NCBI RefSeq assembly: GCF_963921235.1
Contig: NC_086101.1
Location: 12,340,001 to 12,400,000 of the forward strand
Length of the DNA stretch: 60,000 nt
Direction of reading: 5' to 3'
Source: Mobula hypostoma
Lineage: Eukaryota
In this document: piece after piece, positions 28,301-38,119 of the stretch
Position numbering within the stretch: the first letter of the stretch is position 1
How the letters are laid out: every line of letters begins with the position of its first letter
Position numbers and translations under genes: made by a program
Notes under the pieces: model-generated
What the model was told of the DNA's origin: nothing
The model's input: only the letters and a program-made list of their open reading frames with translations
Databases searched by the model: none

Positions 28301-31252
28301 CATCAAAGCAAATTAGCAAGGATTGCGCAAAGCGTCACCACACCTCCAGCACCAACAGAGCACACACACAACACACCAGCCCTAATCTGTACTACTCTCA
28401 TAAGACGTAAAGGGGTACCCTGATGTTACGAAAGGGAAGATACAAAAACAAGACTTTTTATTCTGCAATAAAATGGGACCTCCAACGGTCATTTCCTAGT
28501 GCAAATCTAAAATCTATTTGCTGAATTTCCCAAGTTGCTCAGTTGGAATTCGGATCTGAAATCACTCCCTCCTCCAATTATGCCTTGAAAATACTTCATC
28601 CAAACATCCGAATTTCCCCTCAAACTTATCACAGATCAACAAAATTGTGGCTTTTGCAAAGCTAGTGATAAATCTAGATCTAGCACAATAACTTCACCCA
28701 AAACTGCTACAAAACCCCTCGCAAATTGGGTCGGCACAACATTGTGGGCTGAAGGGCCTGTACTGTGCTGTACTATTCTATGTAATCTGTAATAACCCAA
28801 CAACCTGCAGATACTCTCCATCCATCATCAAAGATCCTCACCACCCAGGCCAGGCTCTTTTCTTGCTGCTACCATCAGGTAGAAGGTGCAGGTCGCACCA
28901 CCATGTTCAAGAACAGTTACTACCCCTCAACCATCAGGCTCTTAAACAAGAGGACAACTACACTCAGCTACTGAGATGTTGCCACAACCAATGATCTCAC
29001 TTTAAGGACTCTTTATCTTGTTATTTCACGCTATTTATTTATATTTGCATGTGCACAATTTGTCGTCGTCTATGCTCCACGTGATCGTTCACTAACCCTG
29101 TTTACAGATACTATTCTATGGATTTGCTCAGTATAGCTGCACAAAAAAGAATCTCAGGATCATATGTGCTGATAGTAAAACTTACTCTGAACTTTGATGA
29201 TATTGCCCCTAAACAAACCTGTTAAAATCCCCCAAGCTCAGCCTGTGATATGTCTATCCTCCTCTAATCATGGAACCTCCAATCTTCCTCTCTCTACTTC
29301 CTTTAAGCCTCTGACCTACCAGTGGTCCTTAATAATTCCATCAACCCAGAGCTTCTCCCTCTCTAAAACACTTTTCTAGCCGTAGTCTCACTTCTGGCAA
29401 CCCCATCTCTCCTCTGATGGCTCCACCCTGTGCTATCTTCCAATACCCCTACACCCACACCCACTCACTGCCCAGCCTCTAGTCTCACATTACCTCCACC
29501 GCAGACCACCTGTCCCCACCCACAGCACTCAGTTCTCTCTGCATTCTCCACCCCATCCTGACTCCAAATCCCCTTCTGCAACCCCGGCCCTGCGACGTGG
29601 TCCGATCGCTCTCTGTACCACATGCAACCACAGAAAGCATCCTGCCTGGATTCACCACAGCTTAGGATGGTAACTGTTCTGCGGAAATTGCAGACAGTTA
29701 TGAATGCTGCCTAGCCCATCACACAACACCCCCCTCCCTTCCACTAACTCCATTATTTACACTAGGAAAATGCTGCCGGCGTAATCGATGACTCTTCCAA
29801 CCCTGGTCGTTCTCTCTTCCACCCACTGGGAGTCGGGGAGAAGATCCACAAGACCAAGAACATGTATCATCAGGTTCGGGGACAGCTTCGGTCTTGCTGC
29901 TCTGAGACTCTTGGACAGACGTCACCTCAATGTTCTTCACAACCTTTGCACTTTACTTCTCCAGCTGTACTGCACTTTCGTTGCAACGGTAACAACACAT
30001 AGAAACATAGAAAATAGGTGCAGGAGTAGGCCATTCGGCCCTTCGAGCCTGCACCGGCATTCAGTATGATCATGGCTGATCATCCAACTCAGAACCCTGT
30101 ACCAGCCTTCCCTCCATACCCCCTGATCCCTTTAGCCACAAGGGCCACATCTAACTCCCTCTTAAATATAACCAATGAACTGGCCTCAACTGTTTGCTGT
30201 GGCAGAGAATTCCACAGATTCACCACTCTGTGTGAAGAAGTTCTTCCTAATCTCGGTCCTAAAAGGCTTCCCCTTTATCCTCAAACTGTGACCCCTCGCT
30301 CTGGACTTCCCCAACATCGGGAACAATCTTCCTGCATCTAGCCTGTCCAATCCCTTTAGGATTTTATACGTTTCAATCAGATCACCCCTCAATCTTCTAA
30401 ATTCCAGAGAGTATAAGCCTAGTCGATCCAGTCTTTCATCATATCAAAGTCCTGCCATCCCAGGAATCAATCTGGTGAACCTTCTTTGTACTCCCTCTAT
30501 GGCAAGAATGTCTTTCCTCAGATTAGGGGACCAAAACTGCACACAATACTCCAGGTGTGGTCTCACCAAGGCCTTGTACAACTGCAGTAGTACCTCCCTG
30601 CTCCTGTACTCGAATCCTCTTAACATTCTACTCTTTTCTTTAATACCACTCCGATGTTCATACATAAGTATGAACTGATCTGTCTGGATGGTGAGCAAAC
30701 ATAACTTTTTCACAGTGTCTCAGTAGAGACGACAATAACAAACCAATTAACCTGCTTCTCATTTCCGCAGAGACAGTCACTCCATCCTCCGCTCTCCTCA
30801 CTCTAGCCCCTGGACTCTGCTTTCTTCTCACCATCCCAGCCCTGAGGCACTCTACACTAATCTTTCCCCAAGAACACGCCCCTTTCACGGCCCAGCACCC
30901 CACCCCCCATCACCACTCCCCACTACCTCAGTCCCTAGTTTCTCCATTCCTAACCCCCACCGGTATCAGTCTCTCCCCTTCCACACCACCCCATCTCAAA
31001 CACTGGTCTCTCTGGCCCCCTTTCCAGATCTTCCCGTCCAGCCCCTTCAGACGCTGACCTCCCTCGCTCGCCCCAGATCTTGCATCGCACCAACTCCCCC
31101 AACATTCCTCGTCCCGGGCCCACCTCCCCCAGGAATTACCGGCAGAAGTAATGCTGGCATTCCAGCTCCACGGGATCGACGAAGATAGCCTGGCACAGAG
31201 AGCAGGTCACGTCCGAGACCAGCTGCGAGACGCCGTCCACCGACGCAGCCAT
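5519..31252 (-). CDS. TRIM family E3 ubiquitin ligase (RING/B-box2/coiled-coil/PRY-SPRY; nuclear factor 7/A33/TRIM35-62-69-like), 7 coding exons, about 474 aa
   Basis: join(complement 31140-31252, 27762-28065, 23885-23980, 18996-19229, 15546-15568, 8259-8374, 5519-6057) = 1425 nt open frame. All introns GT-AG with matching phases; internal exon sizes 96/234/23/116 fit the classic C-IV TRIM pattern; C3HC4 RING, B-box, GPLQY motif and B30.2 domain present. Confidence 0.93.
6195..6752 (+). mobile_element. Penelope-like element 3' fragment with inverted 5' piece
   Basis: Plus frame [32 protein letters not shown] (GIY-YIG C-terminus), pyrimidine-rich UTR and degenerate hammerhead-like tail at about 6674-6710; the preceding part ([13 protein letters not shown]) is on the minus strand at about 6195-6250. 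Confidence 0.7.
7273..7302 (+). repeat. poly-G homopolymer (30 nt)
   Basis: Seen directly; a second run of 17 G at 19334-19350. Confidence 0.9.
8259..8374 (-). CDS. TRIM exon 6 (116 nt)
   Basis: ttcaaatgtag|A ACA GAA...GAC CCA G|gtgagt; encodes [38 protein letters not shown]; phase 2 to phase 1. Confidence 0.93.
9181..10696 (+). mobile_element. RTE/RTE-X clade LINE, 5'-truncated and disrupted
   Basis: RT motifs [48 protein letters not shown] across broken frames; ends in (TAG)n tail at about 10678-10696. Confidence 0.85.
11157..11255 (+). mobile_element. Penelope-derived short repeat with minimal hammerhead motif
   Basis: gtc CTGACGA agggtctcggcct GAAA cg TC gac, followed by the family tail gatgctgcctggcctgctgcgttcaccagc...tgtgtgttgc. 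Confidence 0.75.
11257..13362 (+). mobile_element. CR1 LINE, degenerate ORF2 and 3' tail
   Basis: [50 protein letters not shown]; (TTCTATGT)-type tail at about 13345-13362. Confidence 0.9.
13392..13720 (-). mobile_element. CR1 LINE internal fragment (old)
   Basis: [28 protein letters not shown], similar to the CR1 RT C-terminus. Confidence 0.65.
13967..14470 (+). mobile_element. Tc1-like DNA transposon remnant
   Basis: Starts tacactcagtggccacttcattaggtacac (Tc1 TIR-like; motif repeated near 14446-14470); encodes GMVVG...[13 protein letters not shown]...VYREW, a Tc1 transposase HTH remnant. Confidence 0.7.
15546..15568 (-). CDS. TRIM exon 5 (23-nt microexon)
   Basis: cttgtttttgcag|AATCTAAAAGAAACACAGAAAAG|gtaat; NLKETQK(R); a 23-nt exon is typical of C-IV TRIM genes. 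Confidence 0.88.
18996..19229 (-). CDS. TRIM exon 4 (234 nt, coiled coil)
   Basis: cttgcacccag|GAC ATG...CTA CTG|gtaatt; [32 protein letters not shown]...DNIDFLL. Confidence 0.93.
19470..20082 (-). mobile_element. About 620-bp non-autonomous retroelement family, copy 1
   Basis: Begins GGAGAAGATGGC and ends aataaaagaggactgcgtgtcctcat(aatct)n; homologous to 25590-26226(+) and 41452-42111(-). Confidence 0.7.
21270..21840 (+). mobile_element. Penelope-like element 3' fragment (degenerate)
   Basis: [12 protein letters not shown]...[20 protein letters not shown], pyrimidine-rich UTR and degenerate ctgatgaaggg tail. Confidence 0.7.
23068..23701 (+). mobile_element. Rex1/Babar-type LINE 3' fragment
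   Basis: [31 protein letters not shown]...[17 protein letters not shown] plus (TATGAC)n tail. Confidence 0.85.
23885..23980 (-). CDS. TRIM exon 3 (96 nt)
   Basis: ctgttacttag|GGA CAA...ATC TCG|gtaagt; [32 protein letters not shown]; phase 0-0. Confidence 0.92.
25363..26441. mobile_element. Mariner-derived palindromic MITE with nested retroelement
   Basis: TA|cgaggggtgattggtaagttcgtggcctaaggtag ... taccttaggccacgaatttatcaattactcctgg|TA; both arms of about 200 bp encode the mariner C-terminus [11 protein letters not shown](R/H)WTKCV; central insert at 25590-26226. Confidence 0.8.
27762..28065 (-). CDS. TRIM exon 2 (second half of RING plus B-box)
   Basis: tctgtgtccgcag|G GAA TGC...TTC AAG|gtacgg; [18 protein letters not shown]...NRKLSNIV...[32 protein letters not shown]...EAAEEFK. 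Confidence 0.94.
29998..30620 (-). mobile_element. CR1 LINE 3' fragment (young family, same as 46068-49171)
   Basis: [32 protein letters not shown]...RGDLIETYK; (ttctatgt)n tail; close match to 46068-46700. Confidence 0.9.
31140..31252 (-). CDS. TRIM exon 1 (start codon plus first half of RING)
   Basis: aagATGGCT start; [37 protein letters not shown] then CG|gtaatt (phase 2). Confidence 0.92.
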
Positions 31253-31560
31253 CTTCGCAACAACCTCGAGAATCTGCAACAGCGGCCAATCGCAGTGTGA
31301 CAACGCCCCACGGCCTTCCGCGCAGCCAATCATGAGACAGGTGGCACCGGGACCGTCAATGATAGGAGAAGGGTGTGCTGCAAGCTCCAATCACGTAACA
31401 ACACAGGTTCACGAGCCTAACAGCAATGACGAGACCTTTAGCCAATCATCTTCACAAATTCCGCCCATAGCTCTGTCTTGATTGGGGGCTCAGTCACCTG
31501 CCCAGCCAATCACATGTTTCCTCCTGTCAAGCGGGCCATTCGACAAGAAGCCCAGTCTGA
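31253..31560 (-). promoter_or_regulatory. TRIM promoter/5' region: CpG-rich with a CCAAT-box cluster
   Basis: CCAAT at 31286, 31326, 31387, 31442, 31506 and ATTGG at 31481; GC box ccgccc at about 31461; YY1-like AAGATGGC over the ATG; no obvious TATA. Confidence 0.65.
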
Positions 31561-31704
31561 CCGGTGACTTAACAAGGTGTTAGAGGGCCGAGACCCTTCA
31601 TCAGGACTGGGGTACGCAGGGCTAGGTGCGCAGTTTAAATAGTCTGGCTCAGACTAGATGGGTCAAAGGCCTGTTTCTGTGCTGTACTTTTCTATGGCTC
31701 TAGA

Positions 31705-32075
31705 ATTGAAAGTACACGTGGACTAAGATGTTAACTGTCCTGTGCTATCACCAGTGGGGTCATCAGTTGATCTGCCACCTGTCTTCAGGAGTTTGGCCCG
31801 CTTATGATCAAGACTCCCTCCAGGTGGTGGGCCAGCAGTGCTAAAGCACCACTTCCCACTGGTGAGCTTAAAAACTTGGCATCTGCCTCTATTAGAATCC
31901 AACAGATAGTCTGCTCTTCAGGTGTCTATGCAACTACAGAAGGGTTTGCAAAAGATAGATACGCTGTCTGACTATCTGCCCCTCTGGACGTACTTGGTCC
32001 ACACCCATGCTGATCCTGTCTCTGCTGCCTCAGCTACAGCCCTGCTGGTTGACTCGATCTCTCTTCTACTGAAGC
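31705..32075 (-). mobile_element. HERO-like (restriction-endonuclease type) non-LTR retrotransposon 3' fragment
   Basis: Minus frame FSRREIESTSRAVAEAAETGSAWVWTKYVQRGR* resembles the C-terminus of HERO-clade ORFs (from memory); followed by a 3' UTR-like segment. Confidence 0.5.
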
Positions 32076-33339
32076 AACTATCTCTGTAGACTCTGTGCAA
32101 ATGTGTATGAAGTTCAACATTACCATTCAACGAGAACTTTCCATCCATACTTCACCACGTAGTTATGCCACCAACTCATCACCACCAGTTCTCAGAACTG
32201 ATTCCATAACCTCCAGACTCACCCTCAAAGATTCTGCACCTCATGTTGTCTGTATTATTTATTTATTTATTTATTTAAAGGATTGCTTTGGAAAGGGTGA
32301 TAGCTAGAGCTGATATCAGCCCTGAAGAATGATCTCAGACCAAAACCGTGACCATTTATTCTTCCCATAGATGCTGCCTGACCTACTGAGTCTCTCTGGC
32401 CTTTTGTGTGTGTTGCTCTGTATTTTATTAACCTATTTGTGGTACTATTTTGTGGTATGTGCTGTGTGAGATATATTTTTGTGGGTGCACCCTAGTCCAG
32501 AAGAACATTGTTTCATTTCTTTGTATATATGTACAGTAAGATGACAACAGACTTGAACTTGATATACTGCAGGTACTTTGATTTTAAATTAAATTTAACC
32601 TTTTTTTTAAATATACCATTGCCACAACATCTTAGTCCGGGGAAGGTCAGTCTAATTCATTGAGTTATATCGAGTCTGGCCCTACACGTTTTAAAAAATT
32701 TATTTGAGATATCTCTGTAATCAAACCTGACAAATTATCAGCTGTTCACTGTAAAGGTTGCTTTTTGCATGAGTTCGGGAGGTGCTCTTCTCAGTACTGT
32801 CCTAAAGGGATAATGATTCCTGATTTTTTTTTTAAATCGACAAACGTCCACCATAAGAACGGGACCTGAAGTTGCCCAAGACCAGTATTTGGCTGATATG
32901 CTAAACCAGTTCAAACTGCTCTGTCTCAGGAGAACAAAGAAAGTGCAAATTTGGGGGGAGCAGTGTAATACACACAGAGCACTGGAGGAACTCAGCAGGT
33001 CAGGCAGCATCTATGGAGAAGGATAAAGAGTAATGCTCCTTATAGCCTTGGAGCAGATCTGACACAGGCCAGTCAGATAATCCTGAGCCAACAAAACAAA
33101 CACAGCAAATTCCAGCTGATAGAACAAGGATAAGAATGGGAAGGGTCTCGGGCATAGAAACAGCAGGAACCCTGGAGACCATCCATCATGGAGGTGAGTG
33201 AGACACACCCTGGAAATGTGGAGATCAAATCGGGGGGTTATTGTCAGCTGAAAGCCGCTTCCATCATGCCTGTCATCGATTGGCCTCTTTCCCCTCGTGT
33301 GCCACAGCAGTAGTGTCCGATTTTCAGGCACCTCAGGGG

Positions 33340-33645
33340 TGTAAGGACAGCGTGTGCGGGAGGCTCGGACTCTCTCCTCTTGTCACTAGGGGCTCATCAC
33401 ATTGAGGCAGTGACCAGTGCTGGAGAGCCCTTGGGAAAGCACGCTCCAGACTTCGAAGGCCTATGCTCACCCTTTGCTATGTATCTGACTGCTAAATAGT
33501 TAGTTTTGTCGTTTGTGTAACTTGGGGGGAACTTGGATGTTTGATCGAATCTTGTACTGTTTGTAAATAAATCATTAACATCCATATTCGTCGTCAGTGT
33601 CTTGTGTCTCACTCACTGATCCCCTAAGCCGATTTCCATATTACA
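33340..33645 (+). mobile_element. probable solo LTR
   Basis: TGTAA...TTACA termini and internal AATAAA at about 33565; no clean TSD. Confidence 0.45.
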
Positions 33646-33869
33646 GAGCGAGAAGGACTGAAGAGATTGTCTTATTTCTGGGCATGGCCTACTCATTATT
33701 ACCATTCACTACTGTTGTACACACAAAATAATCTGCAGATGCTGGGGTCAAAGCAACACTCACAACACACTGGAGGAACGCAGCAGGTCAGGCAGCATCC
33801 GTGGAAAAGATCGGAGGACGTTTGCGGCCAGAACCCATGGTGTTAGCTAGTATGATTCCCATACTCTAA

Positions 33870-36620
33870 TGACACAGTGAGAGCTTTCTATGAAGAATGA
33901 TGGACAGTTTGAACACTTGCCCTTGCTCACAGGTCAGATGGCTCTCAAACGGAAGCTGAGACACTTCTATACATTTTTGAAACTATTATTTAAGTTCCTT
34001 GAAAACTCAAATGCTTCATTCAGTAATCAACTGAAGAATATTATAAAGAACAGCACTTATTTGTTAGAATTATTCACAAAGTTTAATGAAATCAGCCTTC
34101 ATTTGCAAGGAAATGATGTGAAGTTAACAAATTTCACGACATATGCCAGTGATATTAAATTGATTCAGATTTTGAATCTTATCAAAGTCAAAACAGCCAT
34201 CTCCACATTTCCTTCCAAGTTAACCCCATTTAAGTCTGCGGCAGGGTAGTGTAGTGATGAGCACGGCGCCATACAGTACAGGCGACCTGGGTTCAATTCC
34301 TGCCACTGCCTGTAAGGAGTTTGTAAGTTTGTGGGTTTGTTGTTTGGCTCCAGTTTCCTACTGCAGTCCACAGTTGTAATGGTCGTTGTAAATTGTCCCA
34401 TGAGTCAGCTAATGTTAAATGGGGAGTTACTGGGTGACACGGTTCGAAGGACTGGAAGGGCTTATTCTGCACTGTATCTCAATAACATAAAACAACACAG
34501 GCTGTTGCGACCTTCCCAATTTCCAAACCTCTGAGTTGGAAGAGAAAGAAAGCACATCAGATGGTGATTTTCAGGTACACTGCGTCCACCAGGGTGAGCT
34601 GCATTGATACTTTAGAGAGATTTCAGCATCTTCTGTTCATCCAAATTCCAGACTGGGTAATAAATCCATTCCAGAATACCTGTTGTAAAAAAAAATTATT
34701 CATTTATGGGATGTGGGCATCATTGGATAAACCAGCATTTATTGCCCATCCCTAGTTGCCCTTGACAAGGTGGTGTGAGCTGCCTTCTTAAACCACTGCA
34801 GTCCGTGAGGTGCGGGTACACCCACTGTGCTATTAGGGAAGGAATTCCATGATTTTAACCCAGTGACAATGAAGGAACAGCGATATGTTTCCTAGTGACT
34901 TGGAGGGGAATCTCCAAGTGGTGGTATTCCCAGGTATCTGTAGTTCCTGGCCTTCTAGATGGTAGTACGGTAGGTGTAATGAGTAATTAACAGGAAGGAT
35001 GGAGGAAGAGCTGACCACACTAATAATGACTGAGCTGAAGCCGGGGTTCAAAAAACCATATCAAGAATTTTGGTTGCAGAAAGAATCTCTGAACGCTATC
35101 CTGCACTGTGGAAAAAGGTCAATATGTTCCTTATTGCATTTAAGACTGTAAGACAAAGGAGTGAGCAGAAGTCAGCCATTCGGCCCATCGTCTGCTCCAC
35201 CATTTTATCATGAGCTGATCCATTCTCCCATTTAGTCCCACTCCCCCGCCTTCTCACCATAACCTTTGATGCCCTGGCTACTCAGATACCTATCAATCTC
35301 TGCTTTAAATACACCCAATGACTTGGCCTCCTCTGCTGCCCGTGGCAAAAAATTCACTCTCTGGCGAAAATCTTTCTTCACATCTCTGTTCTGAATGGGC
35401 TCCCTTCAATCCTCAAGTCATGCCCTCTCGTACTAGACTCCCCCATCATGGGAAACAACTTTGCCACATCCACTCTGTCCATGCCTTTTAACATTAGAAA
35501 TGTTTCTAAGAGGTCTGCCCTCATTCTTCTAAACTCCAAGGAATACAGTCCAAGAGTAGACAAATGTTCCTCACCTGTTAACCCTCTCATTCCCTGAATC
35601 ATTCCAGTGAATCTTCTCTGTACCCTCTCCAACGTCAGCACATCCTTTCTTAAATAAGGAGACCACAGTACTCCAAGTGAGGTCTCACCAGCGCCTTATA
35701 GAGCCTCAACGTCACATCCCTGCTCCAATACTCCATTCCTCTAGTAATGAATGCCAACATTCTTCACCACCGACTCAACCTGGAGGTTAACCTTAAGGGT
35801 ATCCTGCATGACTCTCAAATCCCGTTGCACCTCAGAACTTCCCTATTTAAATAATAGTCTGCCCATTTATTTCTGCCAAAGTGCATAACCATACACTTTC
35901 CAACATTGTACTTCATTTGCCACTTCTCTGCCCATTCTTCCAATCTATCCAAATCTCTCTGCAGACTCTCCGTTTCCTCAGCACTACCAGCCCCTCCACC
36001 TATCTTCGTATCATCAGCAAACTTAGCCACAAAGCCATCTATTCCATAATCCAAATCGTTGATGTACAATGTAAAAAGCAGCCCCAACACTGATCCCTGC
36101 GGAACACCACTGGTAACCGGCAGCCAACCAGAATAGGATCCCTTTATTCCCACTCTGTTTCCTGCCAATCAGCCAACACTCTATCCACGTATGTAACTTT
36201 GCCATAATTCCATGGGCTCTTATCTTGTTAAGTAGCCTCATGTGTGGCACCTTGTCAAAGGCCTTCTGAAAATCCAAATATACAACATCCACTGCATCTC
36301 CCTTGACTAGCCTACTGGTAATTTCCTCAAAAAATTGTAATAGGTTTGTCAGGCAGGATTTTCCTTTAAGGAAACCATGCTGAGTTCTGCCTATCTTGTC
36401 ATATGACTCTAGGTACTCTGTAACCTCATCCTTGACAATCAACCCCAACAACTTCACAACCGCCGATGTCAAGCTGAAATATTACTTAATGGAGCATGGT
36501 TTCAATGTACCCACCCAACTTCTTTCAAAGCAATGAAACAGACGGCAAATTACTGAATGTGAGGATCTGAGACTCCTTCAGTATGCTGTTGAGAAATTGA
36601 TAGTACAACCCGCCCATCTC
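33870..36620 (+). pseudogene. hAT (Charlie/Buster, ZBED8/SCAND3-like) transposase relic fragmented by later insertions
   Basis: YL.ELFTKFNEISLHLQGNDV..LIKVKTAISTF (34050-34230), FWLQK..YPALWKKVNMFLIAF (35070-35140), and a continuation after the CR1 at about 36480 (YLMEHGF...DLRLL). Confidence 0.55.
35141..36475 (-). mobile_element. CR1 LINE 3' portion
   Basis: QHGFLKGKSCLTNLL, VYLDFQKAFDKVPH, SGVPQGSVLG, AKFADDTK, LERVQRRFT; 3' tail near 35141-35160. Confidence 0.9.
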
Positions 36621-37289
36621 ATTAAAAAACACACAATGAAGTAGTGAACAGTTGGATGAATGTACACTCTACAATCACAGATTGTATTTAAATAAATAAA
36701 TAACTTTATTTACAAGTTTAATAGATTTGAATTTTTTTGCCATTATTTGTTGCTGCTTTGAATTTGAAGTTCCTATTTTCTTTTACTGTGCATCATAAAT
36801 CAAACTTCTTTATAATGTTTATGTAATGGCCAGAAAGTGAGCGGGGATGCTGGGGCAAAGTCTGGGAGCCAAGGTGGTGTAACACAAAAAAGATTGGGAA
36901 ACGTTCACCCACCCAAACCAAGGCCCTCCGGTTTGAGATCGCTTCGTCACAGGGAAAAAGTTCTCACTGTCCATTTTCCCTGTATCCCTCTCTCCCATTT
37001 CTGCTCCGCAAGGAAAACAAACCCAACACATCCCAGCTCTGGGATGTCGGAGGGTGGACCAAAAACTAGATAGAATTTTATAAGCAACACACATCAAAGT
37101 TGCTGGTGAACGTAGCAGGCTAGGCAGCATCTCTAGGGAGAGGTACAGTCGACGCTTCGGGCCAAGACCCTTCGTCAGATGCTTGAATTTCCAGCATCTG
37201 CAGATTCCTCATATTAGAATTTGATGAAATAAGAGAAGCACCCTGCTGAATCTTCCCTTCACCTTTCAGATTTAGTTTAATTCGACATA

Positions 37290-37760
37290 ACATTGTTTTG
37301 GCCCCCGAAAGGCCTGCAGGTGTGCTGTCCTATCCCTCAGAACGCTAACCCCCCCAGCAACATCCTGGCTAATCTCGCCTGCACCCTTTCCAGCGCAATC
37401 CCGGTCTGCGGGGCCGGGGATGGGGCCGCCTTTTCATTCACCCTGTGGGCCTCAGGCAGCTCCCTGCATTTCCTCAAGGAAAACACTGACACCGTGCGGT
37501 CGGGTTCGGCAACGACCAGTCGCTGAAAACCAATCGTGGCGCACATTTCCTTTTTTGGAAAACATGCAGATTAAGGTCTGGGATTTCTCACCAGTAAACT
37601 ACAGCAGCTAATCAAATAATCTAGATTTGCGGCATTTGTGGTAACGGTATTCTAGGAGGAGCACGTGGAATAGTAGGAAATAGATCTTTAAAACATTTGT
37701 TCGCCTGATTATTGAGGGGTGTGGGTTAAGCATGCATGCGGATGGCAGAGAAGAAAAAGC
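37290..37760 (+). promoter_or_regulatory. U1 snRNA upstream region (DSE/PSE-like)
   Basis: Octamer variant ATGCAGAT at 37564-37571 (about -195), next to an SPH/ZNF143-like ctgggattt/actaca; PSE-like tcgcctgattattgagg at about 37701 (-60). Confidence 0.6.
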
Positions 37761-37924
37761 ATACTTACCTGGCAGGGGAGAGACCGTGATCATTAAGGCG
37801 GTTCTCCCAGGACGAGGCTATCCCATTGCACTTCGGGTGTGCTGACGCCTGCGATGTCCCCAAATGCGGGATACTCGACTGCAAAATTTGTGGTAGTGGG
37901 GGACTGCGTTCGCGCTCTCCCCTG
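37761..37924 (+). ncRNA. RNU1: U1 spliceosomal snRNA (variant), full length 164 nt
   Basis: ATACTTACCTGG 5' end, loop II ATTGCAC, Sm site AATTTGTGG, stem IV GGGGGACTGCGTTCGCGCTCTCCCCTG; stems kept by compensatory changes. Confidence 0.97.
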
Positions 37925-37931
37925 ATTTCTA

Positions 37932-37944
37932 ATCTAAAAACAGA
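37932..37944 (+). terminator. snRNA 3' box-like element
   Basis: atctaaaaacaga starts 8 nt after the U1 3' end and resembles the GTYYN(0-3)AAARRYAGA consensus. Confidence 0.55.
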
Positions 37945-38119
37945 AACTGGAATTTGCCAGGTAGGGGAAGTTGGCTGCTGTACAGCCGTCGATAGGACCC
38001 GGTACACCAAGACGTGCATAATACAGCTACAGATCCCATCAATCCGCGTTGAGGACTTGGAGATGGAACAGTATGATTTCGACATCATTCTGCAGCCTGA
38101 AAACTGGGTAACGGGAAGG

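Noticed and set aside
31253..31390. Upstream extension of TRIM exon 1 in the ORF track
   Set aside because: Begins at a non-ATG codon within the CCAAT cluster; the ATG at 31252 has good context and gives a typical TRIM N-terminus
37337..37546. Similar short minus-strand ORFs here and at 51392-51580
   Set aside because: Similarity is explained by duplication of the U1 upstream region; starts and ends differ and there is no recognisable domain
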